Part shown: one piece after another, positions 8,033 to 18,677 of the stretch
Layout of the letters: each line of letters starts with the position of its first letter
Position numbering within the stretch: the stretch's first letter is position 1
Assembly (NCBI GenBank): GCA_020633125.1
Contig: JACKEH010000005.1
Span: forward strand, 3,954 to 67,953
DNA length: 64,000 bases
From: Sandaracinus sp.
GTDB taxonomy: Bacteria > Myxococcota_A > Polyangia > Polyangiales > Houyiibacteriaceae
Reading direction: 5' to 3'
Notes under the pieces: generated by a model
The model's database searches: none
The model's input: the letters and a program-made list of their open reading frames with translations, nothing else
Told to the model about the DNA's origin: nothing
Made by a program: the position numbers and the translations under genes

Positions 8033-11000
8033 ATGGGGGATCACACGACGCAGGTCGTGCGCGGCGTCGTTCGCGCGCTGCTACTTTTGGCCTTCACCGG
8101 CTGTGACTCGTCGAGTGCCCCCGGGGACGGCGCGCTGCCGATCGGTGCCTGTACGACGGACGACCGCTGCGACGACGGTGTCTTCTGCAACGGCGTCGAA
8201 CGTTGCGTGCCCACGGATCCACGCGCCGACGCGGCGGGGTGTGTGCTCGGCATGGCCGCGCCCTGCGTGGCCGATCAGGTCTGCATCGAAGCCGAAGACC
8301 GTTGCGAGACGATCTGCGAGCGCACCCGCGACGCGGACGGAGACGGACGCGCGGCGCTCGAGTGCGGCGGCGACGATTGCGACGACGCGGATCCGGAGCG
8401 TTACCCCGGCAACACCGAGGTCTGCGATCCCGAGGGCCACGACGAAGACTGCGATCCCGACACGCTCGGCCCGCGCGACGCCGACGGCGACGGATCGCTC
8501 GCCGCGGTCTGCTGCAACCCCGACGGCGCGGGGGGAACGCGCTGCGGCGAGGACTGCGACGACCTTCGCGCGTCGGTGCGACCGGGCGCCACGGAGGTCT
8601 GCAACGGCTTCGACGACGACTGCGACGGCTCGGCCGACGAAGGTGTGCTCGTGGCCGGCTTCGCCGATCTCGACGGCGACCTTCACGGCGACCCGGAGGC
8701 CGCGGCGATGGCCTGCCCCGGCGCCGCGCATTTCTCGACCGAGAACGACGATTGCGACGACACCCGCCGCGAAGTGCACGGCGCGCAGGTCGAGATCTGC
8801 GACGGACGCGACAACGATTGCGACGGCGTCACCGACGAAGAGACGCGGCCGGTCACGTGGTACGTGGACGGCGACGGCGACGGCTTCGGCCGCGCGTCGG
8901 GCGGCACGACGGTCGCGTGTGTTCCACCCGAGGGCTACGCGCTCTTGCCCTTCGACTGCGACGACGACGCGGCCGGCGTGAACCCCGCGGCGACGGAGCG
9001 CTGCAACGGCCTCGACGACGACTGCAACGGCCTCGCGGACTACGCCATCGGACCCAACGACTTCGAGGACGACGACGGAGACGGACGGGTCGACGACGCG
9101 TGCGTGGGCTTCGGCGACGACTGTGACGACACCGACCCCGACACCTACCCGGGCGCGCCGAGCCTCTGCGACGGGCGTGACCGCGATTGCGATGGAACCC
9201 CCGACGTCGACGGAGAGCCGAGGCCTTGGTACCTCGACCGCGATCGCGACGGGCACGGCGATCCCGACGACGTGACGATGGTGTGCGCGCCGCCGGCCGG
9301 ACGCGTCACGCGTGGCGACGATTGCGACGACTCGAGCGCCGCCATCGCGCCGGGGGCCGTCGATCGTTGCGGCGGCGGTGACGACGATTGCGACGGAACG
9401 ATCGACGAAGACGCCGCGCAGATCGCGTTCTACGCCGACGGCGACGGCGACGGATCGGGTGGCGGCGAACCGGTGCTCGCGTGTGCGCCGCCGACGGGGC
9501 ACGGGCTCTTCCCGATGGACTGCGACGACGCGGACGCGACGCAGTTTCCCGGCAACGTCGAGGTCTGCGACGGCGACGACGAAGACTGCGACGGCATGAC
9601 CGACGAAGGCGGCGACGCGCTCTGTGTGGCGCCCGGCGCGAACGCGCGCTGCACGGCGGCAGGGTGTGTGATCGACGCTTGCACGGGCGGCTTGCTCGAT
9701 TGCGACCGTGATCCGAGCACCGGCTGCGAGGTGGACCCCTCGGCGGACTCGGCGCATTGCGGCGCGTGCGACGTCTCGTGCGGACCCTACGCCCACGCGA
9801 GCGGCATGTGCGTGGCGGGCGCGTGCGACTTCGACTGCGACGCCGGCTACGCCGACTGCGATCTCTCGAGCGCCAACGACTGCGAGTCGGAGCTGCTGAC
9901 GAGCCCGATCGATTGCGGTGCGTGCGGCAACCGTTGTCCCGCGGCGGCCAACGCGACGCCGGCGTGCGCGGCGGGCAGCTGCACGATCGAATGCATGCCG
10001 GGCTTCGAGGATTGCAACGGCATGGCCGCGGATGGCTGCGAGTCGGTGCCGCTCTCCGACCCCGCGAACTGCGGGACGTGTGGCAACGCATGCGCCGGCG
10101 CCGACGCCCTCTGCGTGCGCGGCGCGTGTCAGACCAACCCCTTCGGCAGCGACGGCAGCGAGGACGCGTTCATGCCGACCTCGAGCATGGTGCTGCCGGC
10201 CGGCGTGCATCAGTTCACGGAGATCATCATTCCCGCCGGCGTGACGATCACCACCGACGGCGACGGCGTGTTGGATCTGCGCGCGTCGGGGCGCGTCGTG
10301 GTCAACGGCGTCATCAACGTCAGCGGAGCACGGGGCGGCGGCGGGGCGAGCGCGAGCGCGTGCCCGAGCCCACGCGTGAACGGCGGCGGCGGCGACACCG
10401 GCATCGCGGGCGGCGTCGGCGCGACGGGGGTCGACACCGGGTGTCAGCCGCGTGGCGGTGGTGGCAGCGGCGAGGCCGGCACCAACGGAGGCGCGTGCGG
10501 CGCGGGTGGGCTCTACGGCGGCGCGGCCGGCGGCTCGGGCGCCAACGCAGGCGGCGGCGGTGGCGGCGGCTACGCGGGCGGCGGCGGCGGCGCAGGTACG
10601 AACGCGGGGGGCATCGGCGCGAGCATTCCGGGCGTCACGATCGGCGGTACGCGGGGTGTCGTCGGCGGAACCGTCGAAGGCGGAGGCGGCGAGCCGGCCT
10701 CGGGGGTCTACGCCGGTGAGGCGGGCATCAGCGGCGCCTCGGGCGGTGGTGGAAGCATCGGCGCCGACGCGGTCGCGGATCTCGCGGTGGCGAGCACGTT
10801 CCGTCCCGGAAGCGGTGGCGGTGGCGGAGCAGGCACCGCGAGCGCGACCTATTGCATCGGCGGTGGCGGCGGAGCAGGCGGTGGCGGCGCGCTTCGCATC
10901 GCTAGCCCGGTGTCGATCACGGTCGGGCCTTCGGCGGGGCTCTACGCCAACGGCGGGACCGGTGGCGCTTCGGCCAGCCGCAGCTTCTCGCGTTCGGGCG

Positions 11001-11254
11001 CCGGCGGTGGTGGTTCGGGCGGCGTCATCTACCTCTCGGCGCCGCAACTTCGCATCGACGGAGTCGTGCGGGCGGTCGGTGGCGCGGGCGGCACCCAAGG
11101 CGGCGGCGCGGGCGGGCTCGGGCGCGTGCGAATCTCGACCTTGAGCGAGAGCTGTCAGATCTCGGGCAGCGTGGTGCCCGAGCTCGTCGACGGCTGCATG
11201 CCCACGACCCCAGGCGTGGCGGGCAACACGTACATCGACACCTACCCGTTCTGA
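8033..11254 (+). CDS. giant lipoprotein with MopE-type putative metal-binding repeats, a myxobacterial Cys-rich repeat region and a Gly-rich C-terminus
   Basis: Lipobox LLLAFTGC. At least 8 copies of CDDxDxxxxPGxxExCDGxDxDCDG. Repeats of CGACGxxC...GxCxxxCxxGxxDC. The last ~400 aa are rich in GGxGG tracts. Confidence 0.85.
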   Translation: MGDHTTQVVRGVVRALLLLAFTGCDSSSAPGDGALPIGACTTDDRCDDGVFCNGVERCVPTDPRADAAGCVLGMAAPCVADQVCIEAEDRCETICERTRDADGDGRAALECGGDDCDDADPERYPGNTEVCDPEGHDEDCDPDTLGPRDADGDGSLAAVCCNPDGAGGTRCGEDCDDLRASVRPGATEVCNGFDDDCDGSADEGVLVAGFADLDGDLHGDPEAAAMACPGAAHFSTENDDCDDTRREVHGAQVEICDGRDNDCDGVTDEETRPVTWYVDGDGDGFGRASGGTTVACVPPEGYALLPFDCDDDAAGVNPAATERCNGLDDDCNGLADYAIGPNDFEDDDGDGRVDDACVGFGDDCDDTDPDTYPGAPSLCDGRDRDCDGTPDVDGEPRPWYLDRDRDGHGDPDDVTMVCAPPAGRVTRGDDCDDSSAAIAPGAVDRCGGGDDDCDGTIDEDAAQIAFYADGDGDGSGGGEPVLACAPPTGHGLFPMDCDDADATQFPGNVEVCDGDDEDCDGMTDEGGDALCVAPGANARCTAAGCVIDACTGGLLDCDRDPSTGCEVDPSADSAHCGACDVSCGPYAHASGMCVAGACDFDCDAGYADCDLSSANDCESELLTSPIDCGACGNRCPAAANATPACAAGSCTIECMPGFEDCNGMAADGCESVPLSDPANCGTCGNACAGADALCVRGACQTNPFGSDGSEDAFMPTSSMVLPAGVHQFTEIIIPAGVTITTDGDGVLDLRASGRVVVNGVINVSGARGGGGASASACPSPRVNGGGGDTGIAGGVGATGVDTGCQPRGGGGSGEAGTNGGACGAGGLYGGAAGGSGANAGGGGGGGYAGGGGGAGTNAGGIGASIPGVTIGGTRGVVGGTVEGGGGEPASGVYAGEAGISGASGGGGSIGADAVADLAVASTFRPGSGGGGGAGTASATYCIGGGGGAGGGGALRIASPVSITVGPSAGLYANGGTGGASASRSFSRSGAGGGGSGGVIYLSAPQLRIDGVVRAVGGAGGTQGGGAGGLGRVRISTLSESCQISGSVVPELVDGCMPTTPGVAGNTYIDTYPF

Positions 11255-11271
11255 GAGCGGGCCTCGGCAAA

Positions 11272-11365
11272 GCAGAAGAGGAGGGCGGCGCGCCTCCCCC
11301 AACTGGCAAAGCCGGATTGGCGCCCCCTCCTGCCCCCCACTCGGATCGAATCCGTGCGGGCGGGG
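11272..11365 (-). repeat. structured intergenic repeat element, copy C (inverted, truncated)
   Basis: The reverse complement (CCCCGCCCGCACGGATTCGATCCGAGTGGGGGG..GGGGGCGCCAATCCGGCTTTGCCAGTTGGGGGAGG..CGCGCCGCCCTCC) aligns with copies A and B but lacks the terminal GAATCAGTGCACTGATTC palindrome. Confidence 0.7.
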
Positions 11366-11420
11366 ATGCTCTGGGTCCTCCTTCCTCGCGACGCTCGAGG
11401 GTCGTACGATCGCGCCTTCG

Positions 11421-12984
11421 ATGGACGCGGACTTCGACGCCGTCGTGATCGGCTCCGGCATCGGCGGGCTCGCGAGCGCGGCGGTGCTCGCGAAGCTCGG
11501 GGGCTGGAAGGTGCTGGTGCTCGAGCGCCACTGGCGGCTCGGCGGCTTCACACACACCTTCCAACGACCCACCGGCGACGGTCGAAAGTGGAGTGGACGT
11601 CGGCCTTCACTACGTCGGTGACCTTCAAGCCGGCGGTCGCACCCGAAAGCTCTTCGACCTGATCTCGGAGGGGCGCCTGGCGTGGGCGCGTCTGCCGAGT
11701 CCCTTCGATCGTTTCGTCTACCCGGACCACACGATCGACGTGCCCGACGACGTGGACGCGCTGCAGCGTTTGCTCGGCGATCGTTTTCCGACGCAGCGCG
11801 AGGGGCTGAAGCGCTACTTCGCGATGCGTCGTCGCGCCGACGCGGAGATGGGCGCGCTGATCGCGAGCAAGCAACTCGGTCGCGCCGGCGCACGGCGCAC
11901 ACGCGCGCTCGTCAAACACGCCCTTCGACCGACGATCGACGTGGTCCGTGACTGTGTCGACGATCCCCGCCTGGTCGCGGTCTTGCTCTCGCAATGGGGC
12001 GATTACGGCGTGCGACCTTCGGAGGGTGCGTTCGGCGTGCACGCGGCGGTGAGCGCGCACTACGACCACGGCGCGTGGTTCCCGATCGGTGGATCGGGCG
12101 CGATCGTCGAAACCGTCGCGCCGACGATCGAAGCCGCGGGCGGAGCGCTGCGCGCGGGCGTGCAGGTCTCGTCGATCCTCGTCGAAGACGGTCGCGCGGT
12201 CGGCGTGGTCGCGAACGAGCGCGGGCGAGAGATCACCATCCGCGCACGTCACGTCTTCTCCAACGCCGGCGCGAGCGTGACCTACCGCGAGCTTCTTCCG
12301 AACGCGCCGCCCGAGATTCTGGCGGACCTCGCGTCACTCCCGCCGCCGCCGACGGTCGCGACGCTCTACCTCGGGCTGCGCGAACCGGTCACGGACCTCG
12401 GCTTCGAGGGCGGCAACGTGTGGATCTTCGACGACTACGATCACGACGCCGCGATCGATCCGCTCGATGGCCGGCTCGGGGTCGCGTACCTGAGCTTTCC
12501 TTCCGCGCGAAACCCTCGCGCCGAGACGCACACCGCGGAGGTGATCGTGCCTTTGCCGCACGCCCTCGTCGCGAAGTGGTCGGGCGCACGGTGGCGGCGG
12601 CGCGGCGCCGACTACGACGCGCTCAAGGCGCGAATCACCGCACGTGTCCTCGCGCGCCTCGAAACGCTCGCGCCCGGCTTCGGTGCGCGGGTCGCGTACC
12701 ACGAGCTGTCGACGCCCGTGACGATCGAGCGCTTCACCGGCCACGACCGCGGCGCCATCTACGGTTTGCCCGCCACCCCGGCACGCTTCGCGATGCCTTG
12801 GCTCGGCGCGCGAACGCCGGTGCGGGGTCTCTTCCTCACCGGCGCCGACGTCGGCCTGCTCGGCATCGCGGGCGCCGCGATGGGCGGCGTGCTCGCGGCG
12901 GGGGTCGCGCTCGGCGGCTTCGGCCTGCCAGCGCTCGCCGACGTGCTCGGGGATCCGCGCCTCGGCTTGGAAGACGCGACCTGA
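11421..12984 (+). pseudogene. CrtI/phytoene-desaturase-family FAD-dependent oxidoreductase, reading frame broken near 11586-11595
   Basis: The N-terminal Rossmann fold ([37 protein letters not shown]) is in one frame (11421-11621). The rest of the family ([10 protein letters not shown]..., WFPIGGSGAIVE..., FLTGADV) is in the +1 frame (11593-12984). Could be an indel error. Confidence 0.75.
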
Positions 12985-13032
12985 CCCGTACGCGAAGGTG
13001 TAAGTCGCGGCGCCGGGCCGCGTTGGAGGACC

Positions 13033-16000
13033 ATGCGCACCCCGAAGGCCACCCCTCGCACCCGCACGCCCGAGAGCCGCAACGCTTCGAAATCACGTCG
13101 CGATCGGCGCACGACGCTTTGGCTCGCGTTCCTGCTCGGATGCGGCGCGAGCGCGGGAGGCGGCGGCTACCCGTACGCGGAGCGCGCCTCCGAGGCCGAG
13201 GAAAGCCCCTCGTACGAGGCCGCCGATCAAGGGGGCGCGATGCCCGCGTCGGCTCCGATCGCGACCGGCGCGACGACGGCCGACGTCGACTCGTACCGCG
13301 CGCAGGCGATGCCGGTGTCCGCGGAGGAGTCCGACCGCGAGCCTTCGGACGCGGCTGCGGCCCAGACCTGGCGGCGCACGTCGAACGCGGTGCGTTTCGC
13401 GAGCGTGGACCTCGGCGGCGGTCAGAAGCTCGAGCTTCGGAAGGTGCGCGTCAGCGTGCAGGTCGAAGGGCTTCGCGCGCGCACCGTGATCGACCACGTC
13501 TTCTTCAACCCCTTCGATCGCGCGCTCGAAGGCACCTTCCGCTACCCGCTGCCACCCGAGGCCTCGATCTCGAGCTACGCGATGTTCCTCGGCCAAGGCA
13601 CGGCGTCGCCCGACTTCTTCGGCCCGGACGTGCAGCTGCCCGCGACCGCGAGCTTCGATCAGCGCCTGCAGCAGATCGACCCGCAGCAATGGGGCGAGCT
13701 GCGCTTGGGACGCCTCGTGCGCTCGGAGCGTGGACGCGAGGTCTACGAGCAGGTCACGCGCCAGCGCGTCGACCCCGCGCTCGTCGAAGAGGTCGCGCCG
13801 AACACCTTCGAGGCGCGGGTCTTTCCGATCCAGGCGCGCGGCTTCCACCGGGTGATCGTCAGCTACGAGCAGACGCTTCCGCGCGTGGGCTCCGAGCGTG
13901 AGTACCTCTTCCCGATTCCCGAAGGAGACCTCGAGTCCTTCGACTTCGAGCTGTCCACCGACGAGCCGCGAGCCCGCTACGAAGGCGATCTGCGCGGCGT
14001 CGAAGGTCGACGTGGCCTCTTCGTCGCGCACACCGAAGGCGCGCTGCAGGCCGGCACGCTCGCGTTTCGTATGCCCGTCGAGCGAGGTGCGGTGGAGATG
14101 CTCGTCGGCACCCATCCGGAGCGAAACGAGCGCCACTTCGTCGCGCGAGTGCACGGCACGGCCGGAGGAAACGCGACGAGCGCGGCTTCGCAGGCGGTGT
14201 TCCTGCTCGACACCTCGCTCTCGGAGCACCCGGATCGTTTCGCGCTCGACGTCGCGCTCATGAAGGGAATCCTCGAGCGCAGCCCGCAGCTTCGTCGCTT
14301 CGCGGTCGTGACCTTCGACGCCGGCGCGCGTTGGCTGACGCGTGATTGGATGACCAACGACGCCGACGGTCGTGAGGCGGCGCTCGAGGCGCTCGACGGC
14401 GTGCTCCTCGAAGGCGCGACGGATCTCGGGGCCGCGCTCGACACGCTCGCCACGCCGCCGATGCCGGGGCAGGGCGCGCTCGACGTCTTCTTGCTCAGCG
14501 ACGGCGCGCTCTCGTGGGGCGAGCGCGACGCGGACACGCTCGTGCGTCGCTTCGCTGCACGCTCGCCTTGGCAGGCGCGCTTCTTCGCCTACCGCACGGG
14601 CCTCGGCGCCGAGAACCTCGAGCTCTTGCGCCGCCTCGCGAGCAGCGGCGGCGTCTTCAACTGCCTCTCGCGCTCGAGCCTCGCGGGCTGCGCCACCGCG
14701 CACCAGCAGACGGGCTTCTTCGTGGAGCGCGCGCGTCTCGTCGATGCGCAGGGCACCGAGCTCGGCCGCGAGGTGCTGATCGCGGGCGGCGCGGCGACGC
14801 TCGCGGAGGCGGGCGAGCTGCTCGTCGCAGGTCGGATCGAGCGCGGGGATGAAGGCGTGTTGGTGCTCGAAGGCACGCGCCACGGCGCGCCGCACGTCGA
14901 GCGTCACCCGGTCTCGCTCGCCTCGCGTGGCGAGCTCGCGTCGCGCGCGTGGGCCGAGATCGCGGTCGCGCACCTGCTCGCGGCGAACGATCCCTCGCTC
15001 GAAGAGCTCGCGGTCGCGCTCGGACAGCACTACCGCGTGCCGAGTCGCGTGACCTCGTTCCTCGTGCTCGAGACCGACGCCGAGTACGAGCAATACGACC
15101 TCGAAGGCGAGCGCCGCGAGGCCGGCGCCGCGATCGACGCGCTCGTCCATGACGCGCGCCGTCAGCGCACCGGGGCACGCACCAGCTACGAGCGCCTCAT
15201 GCGTGCGCTCGCGATGGGCACGTCGCACCACCACCTCGCGCCGGAGACGCGCGACGCGCTCGCGAACATCGCGTCGCACGAGCCGGTCGACTTCCTCGGT
15301 GGCCGCCAGAGCATCCCGCTCGTGCGCGAGGGGGACGCGTCGCGCAGCTACCGGCGCGGGCTCTCGTCCGAGGCCGACGTCGAGCACTTCCGCGACGAAG
15401 CCGAGCGTCGCCACGGGCGAGGCGAGAACGGCGCCGCGATTCGCGCGATCTCGAGCGCGATCGAGAACGCGCCGTCGAACCCGGAGGTGGCGCGCCTCGT
15501 GGGCTATTCGCTCTCGTCGTGGGGCGCGAACGCCGAAGCGGCCGACCTCTTCCTCTCGGTGCTCGAGCAGCGCCCCTACGAGCCGCAGAGCTACCGCGAT
15601 CTCGCGCTCGTGCTCTGGACGCAGCGGCCCTCGCTCACCGCGTTGCTCTACGAAGCGATCACCGCGGGCGAGTGGGACCAGCGCTTCCGCGGGGTGCAGC
15701 AGATCGCGCGCGAGGAGTACGCGCTCTTCGCCCGCGCGTGGCAGCGTCGTGCACCACGCACTCCGCTCGCGGCCTTCCTCTCGGAGCGCATGCAGCGGCT
15801 CGGTCTGTCGATCCCCGAGGCCGACCTTCGCGTCACGATGACCTGGAACACCGACAACACCGACATCGACCTTTGGGTCACCGATCCCGAAGGGGAGGAG
15901 TGTTATTACGGCCACCGCCAGACGCGCAGCGGCGGCGAGCTCCTCGACGACGTCACGCAGGGCTTCGGCCCGGAGCGTTTCCAGGCCCGTCAGGCGGTCG

Positions 16001-16182
16001 AGGGCGAGTACCGGGTGGTTGCGAAGTACTACGGCAACAACGGCAACCGCCTCGTCGCGCGCACGTACGTCACGCTCACGGTGGTCAAACACGTCGGCAC
16101 CGACCGCGAGCGCATCGAGCGCCACGTGATCAGCCTGCGCGACCGCGGCGATCAGGCGGAGGTTGCGCGCATTCGGTTTTGA
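13033..16182 (+). CDS. VIT-domain / von Willebrand factor A-domain lipoprotein with a DUF2135-like C-terminus
   Basis: Lipobox LAFLLGCG. VIT-like VRVSVQVEGLRARTVIDHVFFNPFDRALEGTFRYPLP. vWA MIDAS-like AVFLLDTSLSE. C-terminal TMTWNTDNTDIDLWVTDPEGEECYYGH...VTQGFGPE. Confidence 0.8.
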   Translation: MRTPKATPRTRTPESRNASKSRRDRRTTLWLAFLLGCGASAGGGGYPYAERASEAEESPSYEAADQGGAMPASAPIATGATTADVDSYRAQAMPVSAEESDREPSDAAAAQTWRRTSNAVRFASVDLGGGQKLELRKVRVSVQVEGLRARTVIDHVFFNPFDRALEGTFRYPLPPEASISSYAMFLGQGTASPDFFGPDVQLPATASFDQRLQQIDPQQWGELRLGRLVRSERGREVYEQVTRQRVDPALVEEVAPNTFEARVFPIQARGFHRVIVSYEQTLPRVGSEREYLFPIPEGDLESFDFELSTDEPRARYEGDLRGVEGRRGLFVAHTEGALQAGTLAFRMPVERGAVEMLVGTHPERNERHFVARVHGTAGGNATSAASQAVFLLDTSLSEHPDRFALDVALMKGILERSPQLRRFAVVTFDAGARWLTRDWMTNDADGREAALEALDGVLLEGATDLGAALDTLATPPMPGQGALDVFLLSDGALSWGERDADTLVRRFAARSPWQARFFAYRTGLGAENLELLRRLASSGGVFNCLSRSSLAGCATAHQQTGFFVERARLVDAQGTELGREVLIAGGAATLAEAGELLVAGRIERGDEGVLVLEGTRHGAPHVERHPVSLASRGELASRAWAEIAVAHLLAANDPSLEELAVALGQHYRVPSRVTSFLVLETDAEYEQYDLEGERREAGAAIDALVHDARRQRTGARTSYERLMRALAMGTSHHHLAPETRDALANIASHEPVDFLGGRQSIPLVREGDASRSYRRGLSSEADVEHFRDEAERRHGRGENGAAIRAISSAIENAPSNPEVARLVGYSLSSWGANAEAADLFLSVLEQRPYEPQSYRDLALVLWTQRPSLTALLYEAITAGEWDQRFRGVQQIAREEYALFARAWQRRAPRTPLAAFLSERMQRLGLSIPEADLRVTMTWNTDNTDIDLWVTDPEGEECYYGHRQTRSGGELLDDVTQGFGPERFQARQAVEGEYRVVAKYYGNNGNRLVARTYVTLTVVKHVGTDRERIERHVISLRDRGDQAEVARIRF

Positions 16183-16189
16183 GACGCGG

Positions 16190-16220
16190 ACGGGGACGGG
16201 GCATCAGGTCCCGTCGCCGT
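16190..16220. terminator. possible bidirectional stem-loop between convergent genes
   Basis: ACGGGGACGGG / CCCGTCGCCGT, an 11-bp stem with one mismatch and a 9-nt loop. No clear U-tract. Confidence 0.3.
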
Positions 16221-16227
16221 TCCCCTC

Positions 16228-17322
16228 TCAAACCATCGCGTTCGACGCGACGCCCGGGTTCGCCCGAACGAAGTCGAAGAGCCGACCGAGGTAGCTGTCG
16301 ATGCGCGGGCAGTGGATGCCGTGCTCTTCGAGGTCCGCCTCCGCCCACGTCGTGTCGTAGTGCGTCGGGTGCACGTAGTAGTCGACCGCGTGCGGCGGGA
16401 ACTCGAAGATCGACCGAACGCCGGGGACCTTCTCGATCGCCTGCTTCGCGAGCCCGAGCGGCAAGGGAATGCGGACGAGCTTCTTGCCGAGCTCGCGCTC
16501 CATCGCGTCGGTGAGGTCGGCCACCGTCAGCGGCTCCGGATCGGCGAGCTGGTAGCAGCGACCGACGTTGTCCTCGCGCGCGCTCAACGCGTCGATCGCG
16601 CCGACGACGAAGTCTCGCGGCACGACGTTCAAACGCACGCTCGTCGGGTCGCCCACCACGGGGAGCACCACGGCCGGCGTCTTCTGCTTCAGCAAGAAGC
16701 GAATCGCGAAGTAGGGGCCGTCGAACTTCTGCGTCGCGCCCGTCGCCGAGTCGCCGACCACGATCGCGGGTCGGTAGATCGTCGTCGGAATCTGATCCCA
16801 GCGGCGACGCACTTCGACCTCCGCGAGGTGCTTCGTCTCCTCGTAGAAGTTGTTGAAGGTCTGACCTTTCTCGAGGTCGTCCTCGCGGAAGATGCCGGCG
16901 TAGCGACCGCTGACGTAGCAGGTGCTCACGTATTGGTGGCGCTCGAGCGAAGGGCAACGCGCGCAGAAGTCGAGCACGTGACGCGTGCCTTCGACGTTCA
17001 CCTTCATCGCGAGGTCACGTCCGACCGCGAGGTCGTAGACGGCCGCGAGGTGGTAGACCTCGACCACGTCCTTCGCGAGCGCGTCCGCGTTCTGCAGCCC
17101 GAGGTCCGGGCGCACGATGTCGCCACGGACGAGCTCGATGCGCCCCTTCACCGACGGATGCGCGGCTTCGATCTCCGCCTGCGCGCGCTTGGCGTCGGCC
17201 TCGTAGCGCTCCTGAACGATGCACACGGCCTTTCGATCCGGCGAACGCTCGAGCACGCGCCAGAGGAGCTCACGCCCCAGAAAGCCCGGAAACCCCGTGA
17301 AGAAAACCGTCTTCGCCATCAC
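16228..17322 (-). CDS. SDR-family NAD(P)-dependent reductase (thioester/fatty acyl-CoA reductase-like)
   Basis: FFTGFPGFLGRELL (TGxxGxxG) and YEETKHLAE (YxxxK). Resembles the NAD_binding_4 male-sterility domain. Confidence 0.8.
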   Translation of the reverse strand: MMAKTVFFTGFPGFLGRELLWRVLERSPDRKAVCIVQERYEADAKRAQAEIEAAHPSVKGRIELVRGDIVRPDLGLQNADALAKDVVEVYHLAAVYDLAVGRDLAMKVNVEGTRHVLDFCARCPSLERHQYVSTCYVSGRYAGIFREDDLEKGQTFNNFYEETKHLAEVEVRRRWDQIPTTIYRPAIVVGDSATGATQKFDGPYFAIRFLLKQKTPAVVLPVVGDPTSVRLNVVPRDFVVGAIDALSAREDNVGRCYQLADPEPLTVADLTDAMERELGKKLVRIPLPLGLAKQAIEKVPGVRSIFEFPPHAVDYYVHPTHYDTTWAEADLEEHGIHCPRIDSYLGRLFDFVRANPGVASNAMV

Positions 17323-17561
17323 ACCCTCGGCTTGTTGGGGCCCCCGGTGAGGTACGCGCCCGTGCGGGTCGCGACCGCCGAAGCACCCGTTCGACGTGGC
17401 CGTTTCGTAGCAGACCCCTCGATCCGCGCATCACGGCGTTGGGCGAAGGGGCCTCGCGTGTAAGGTCCGCGTCCTCGCGTGGGGAGGTCCGGGATTCCCG
17501 TGACGCGTCGACCTCGAAGGTGACGGCGCGAGCCGGCTTCGTGCCATAGTCGCGCTCGGCC

Positions 17562-18677
17562 ATGAGCGCCCTGCCGGATCCGCAACGACAACGCCGCAAC
17601 GTCGGCCTCGTCCTCTACCTCGTCGCGCAGCTCGTCGGTGGGCTCCTGCTCCTGCTCCTCTTCTTGCTGCCCGCCTTCTTCGAAGAAGGTGCGCTCGGAG
17701 GGCTCTGCATCGCGGCCGTGCTCGCGTTCCCCGCGGGCGCCATCTACCTCACCGTCCCGCGCCTGCTCGATCGCTACGACCCCGAGCCCTGGTACGCGCT
17801 CATCGGTTGCCTGCTCTGGGGCGGCATCGCCGCGTGTGGATTCTCGGCCGTCGTGAACAGCCTCGTCGGCGCGCTCGGCGGCGAGCACGGCGACGTGCTC
17901 TCGGCCGTCGTCAGCGCGCCCCTCGTCGAAGAGTTCTTCAAGGGCCTCGGTGTCTTCGGCGTCTTCTACTTCCTGCGCCGCGAGTTCGACGGTGTCGTCG
18001 ACGGCATCATCTACGCGGTCTTCGTCGCGCTCGGCTTCGCGACGGTCGAGAACGTCGTCTATTACGCCAACGCGGCGACCGAAGGCGCGCTCGAGATCAC
18101 CTTCGTGATGCGCGGCATCCTCTTCCCGTGGGGCCACCCGGTCTACACGTCGCTCACCGGCATCGGCTTCGGCCTCGCGCGCGAGACCGAGAAGCCTTGG
18201 GTGCGCTGGGCCGGTCCGCTCTTCGGCTACCTCGGCGCCGTCATGCTGCACGCGATCTGGAACGGCAGCGCCGCGCTCGCGGACGGCCTCGGCGAACAAG
18301 GCGGCATGCTCTTCGTGTGCATGCTGCCGATCTGGTTCCTCTTCGTCGTCACGTTCCTGATCCTGATCGTGGTTCTCGTGCGGCGTCGCGGTCGCATCAT
18401 TCGCGAGTACCTCCAAGACGAGGTCGCGCTTCGAAACCTCACCCAACACGAGGTCGAGCTCGTCGCGAGCGCCTTCGGTCTCTTCAAGGCCCGCATGCGC
18501 TACGGCCAGCTCGGGGCGGACTTCGTACGCGCGGCGGCGCGGCTCGCGCTTTCGAAGTGGCACACCGTGCGTGCGCAGAAATCGATGATGCACACCTACT
18601 CGATGGACTTCATCGTCCCGCTCCGGCAGCGCCTCGCGCAGCTTCGCAACGAGCTCCATGCGCGCGGCGGACGCTGA
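17562..18677 (+). CDS. PrsW-family intramembrane protease
   Basis: Polytopic membrane protein with the family signatures EEFFKG and MLHAIWNG. Confidence 0.8.
   Translation: MSALPDPQRQRRNVGLVLYLVAQLVGGLLLLLLFLLPAFFEEGALGGLCIAAVLAFPAGAIYLTVPRLLDRYDPEPWYALIGCLLWGGIAACGFSAVVNSLVGALGGEHGDVLSAVVSAPLVEEFFKGLGVFGVFYFLRREFDGVVDGIIYAVFVALGFATVENVVYYANAATEGALEITFVMRGILFPWGHPVYTSLTGIGFGLARETEKPWVRWAGPLFGYLGAVMLHAIWNGSAALADGLGEQGGMLFVCMLPIWFLFVVTFLILIVVLVRRRGRIIREYLQDEVALRNLTQHEVELVASAFGLFKARMRYGQLGADFVRAAARLALSKWHTVRAQKSMMHTYSMDFIVPLRQRLAQLRNELHARGGR

Noticed and set aside
8081-11902. 1273-aa ORF antisense to the MopE-like lipoprotein gene. Similar giant antisense ORFs lie at 13093-16125 (1010 aa), 24239-28372 (1377 aa), 56449-59088 (879 aa), 4380-5834 and 43239-44372.
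   Set aside because: Each lies opposite a gene with clear family motifs. Their translations are dominated by Arg, Ala, Gly and Val with no motifs. This is the expected shadow-ORF artefact of a ~70% GC genome, where stop codons are rare on the antisense strand.
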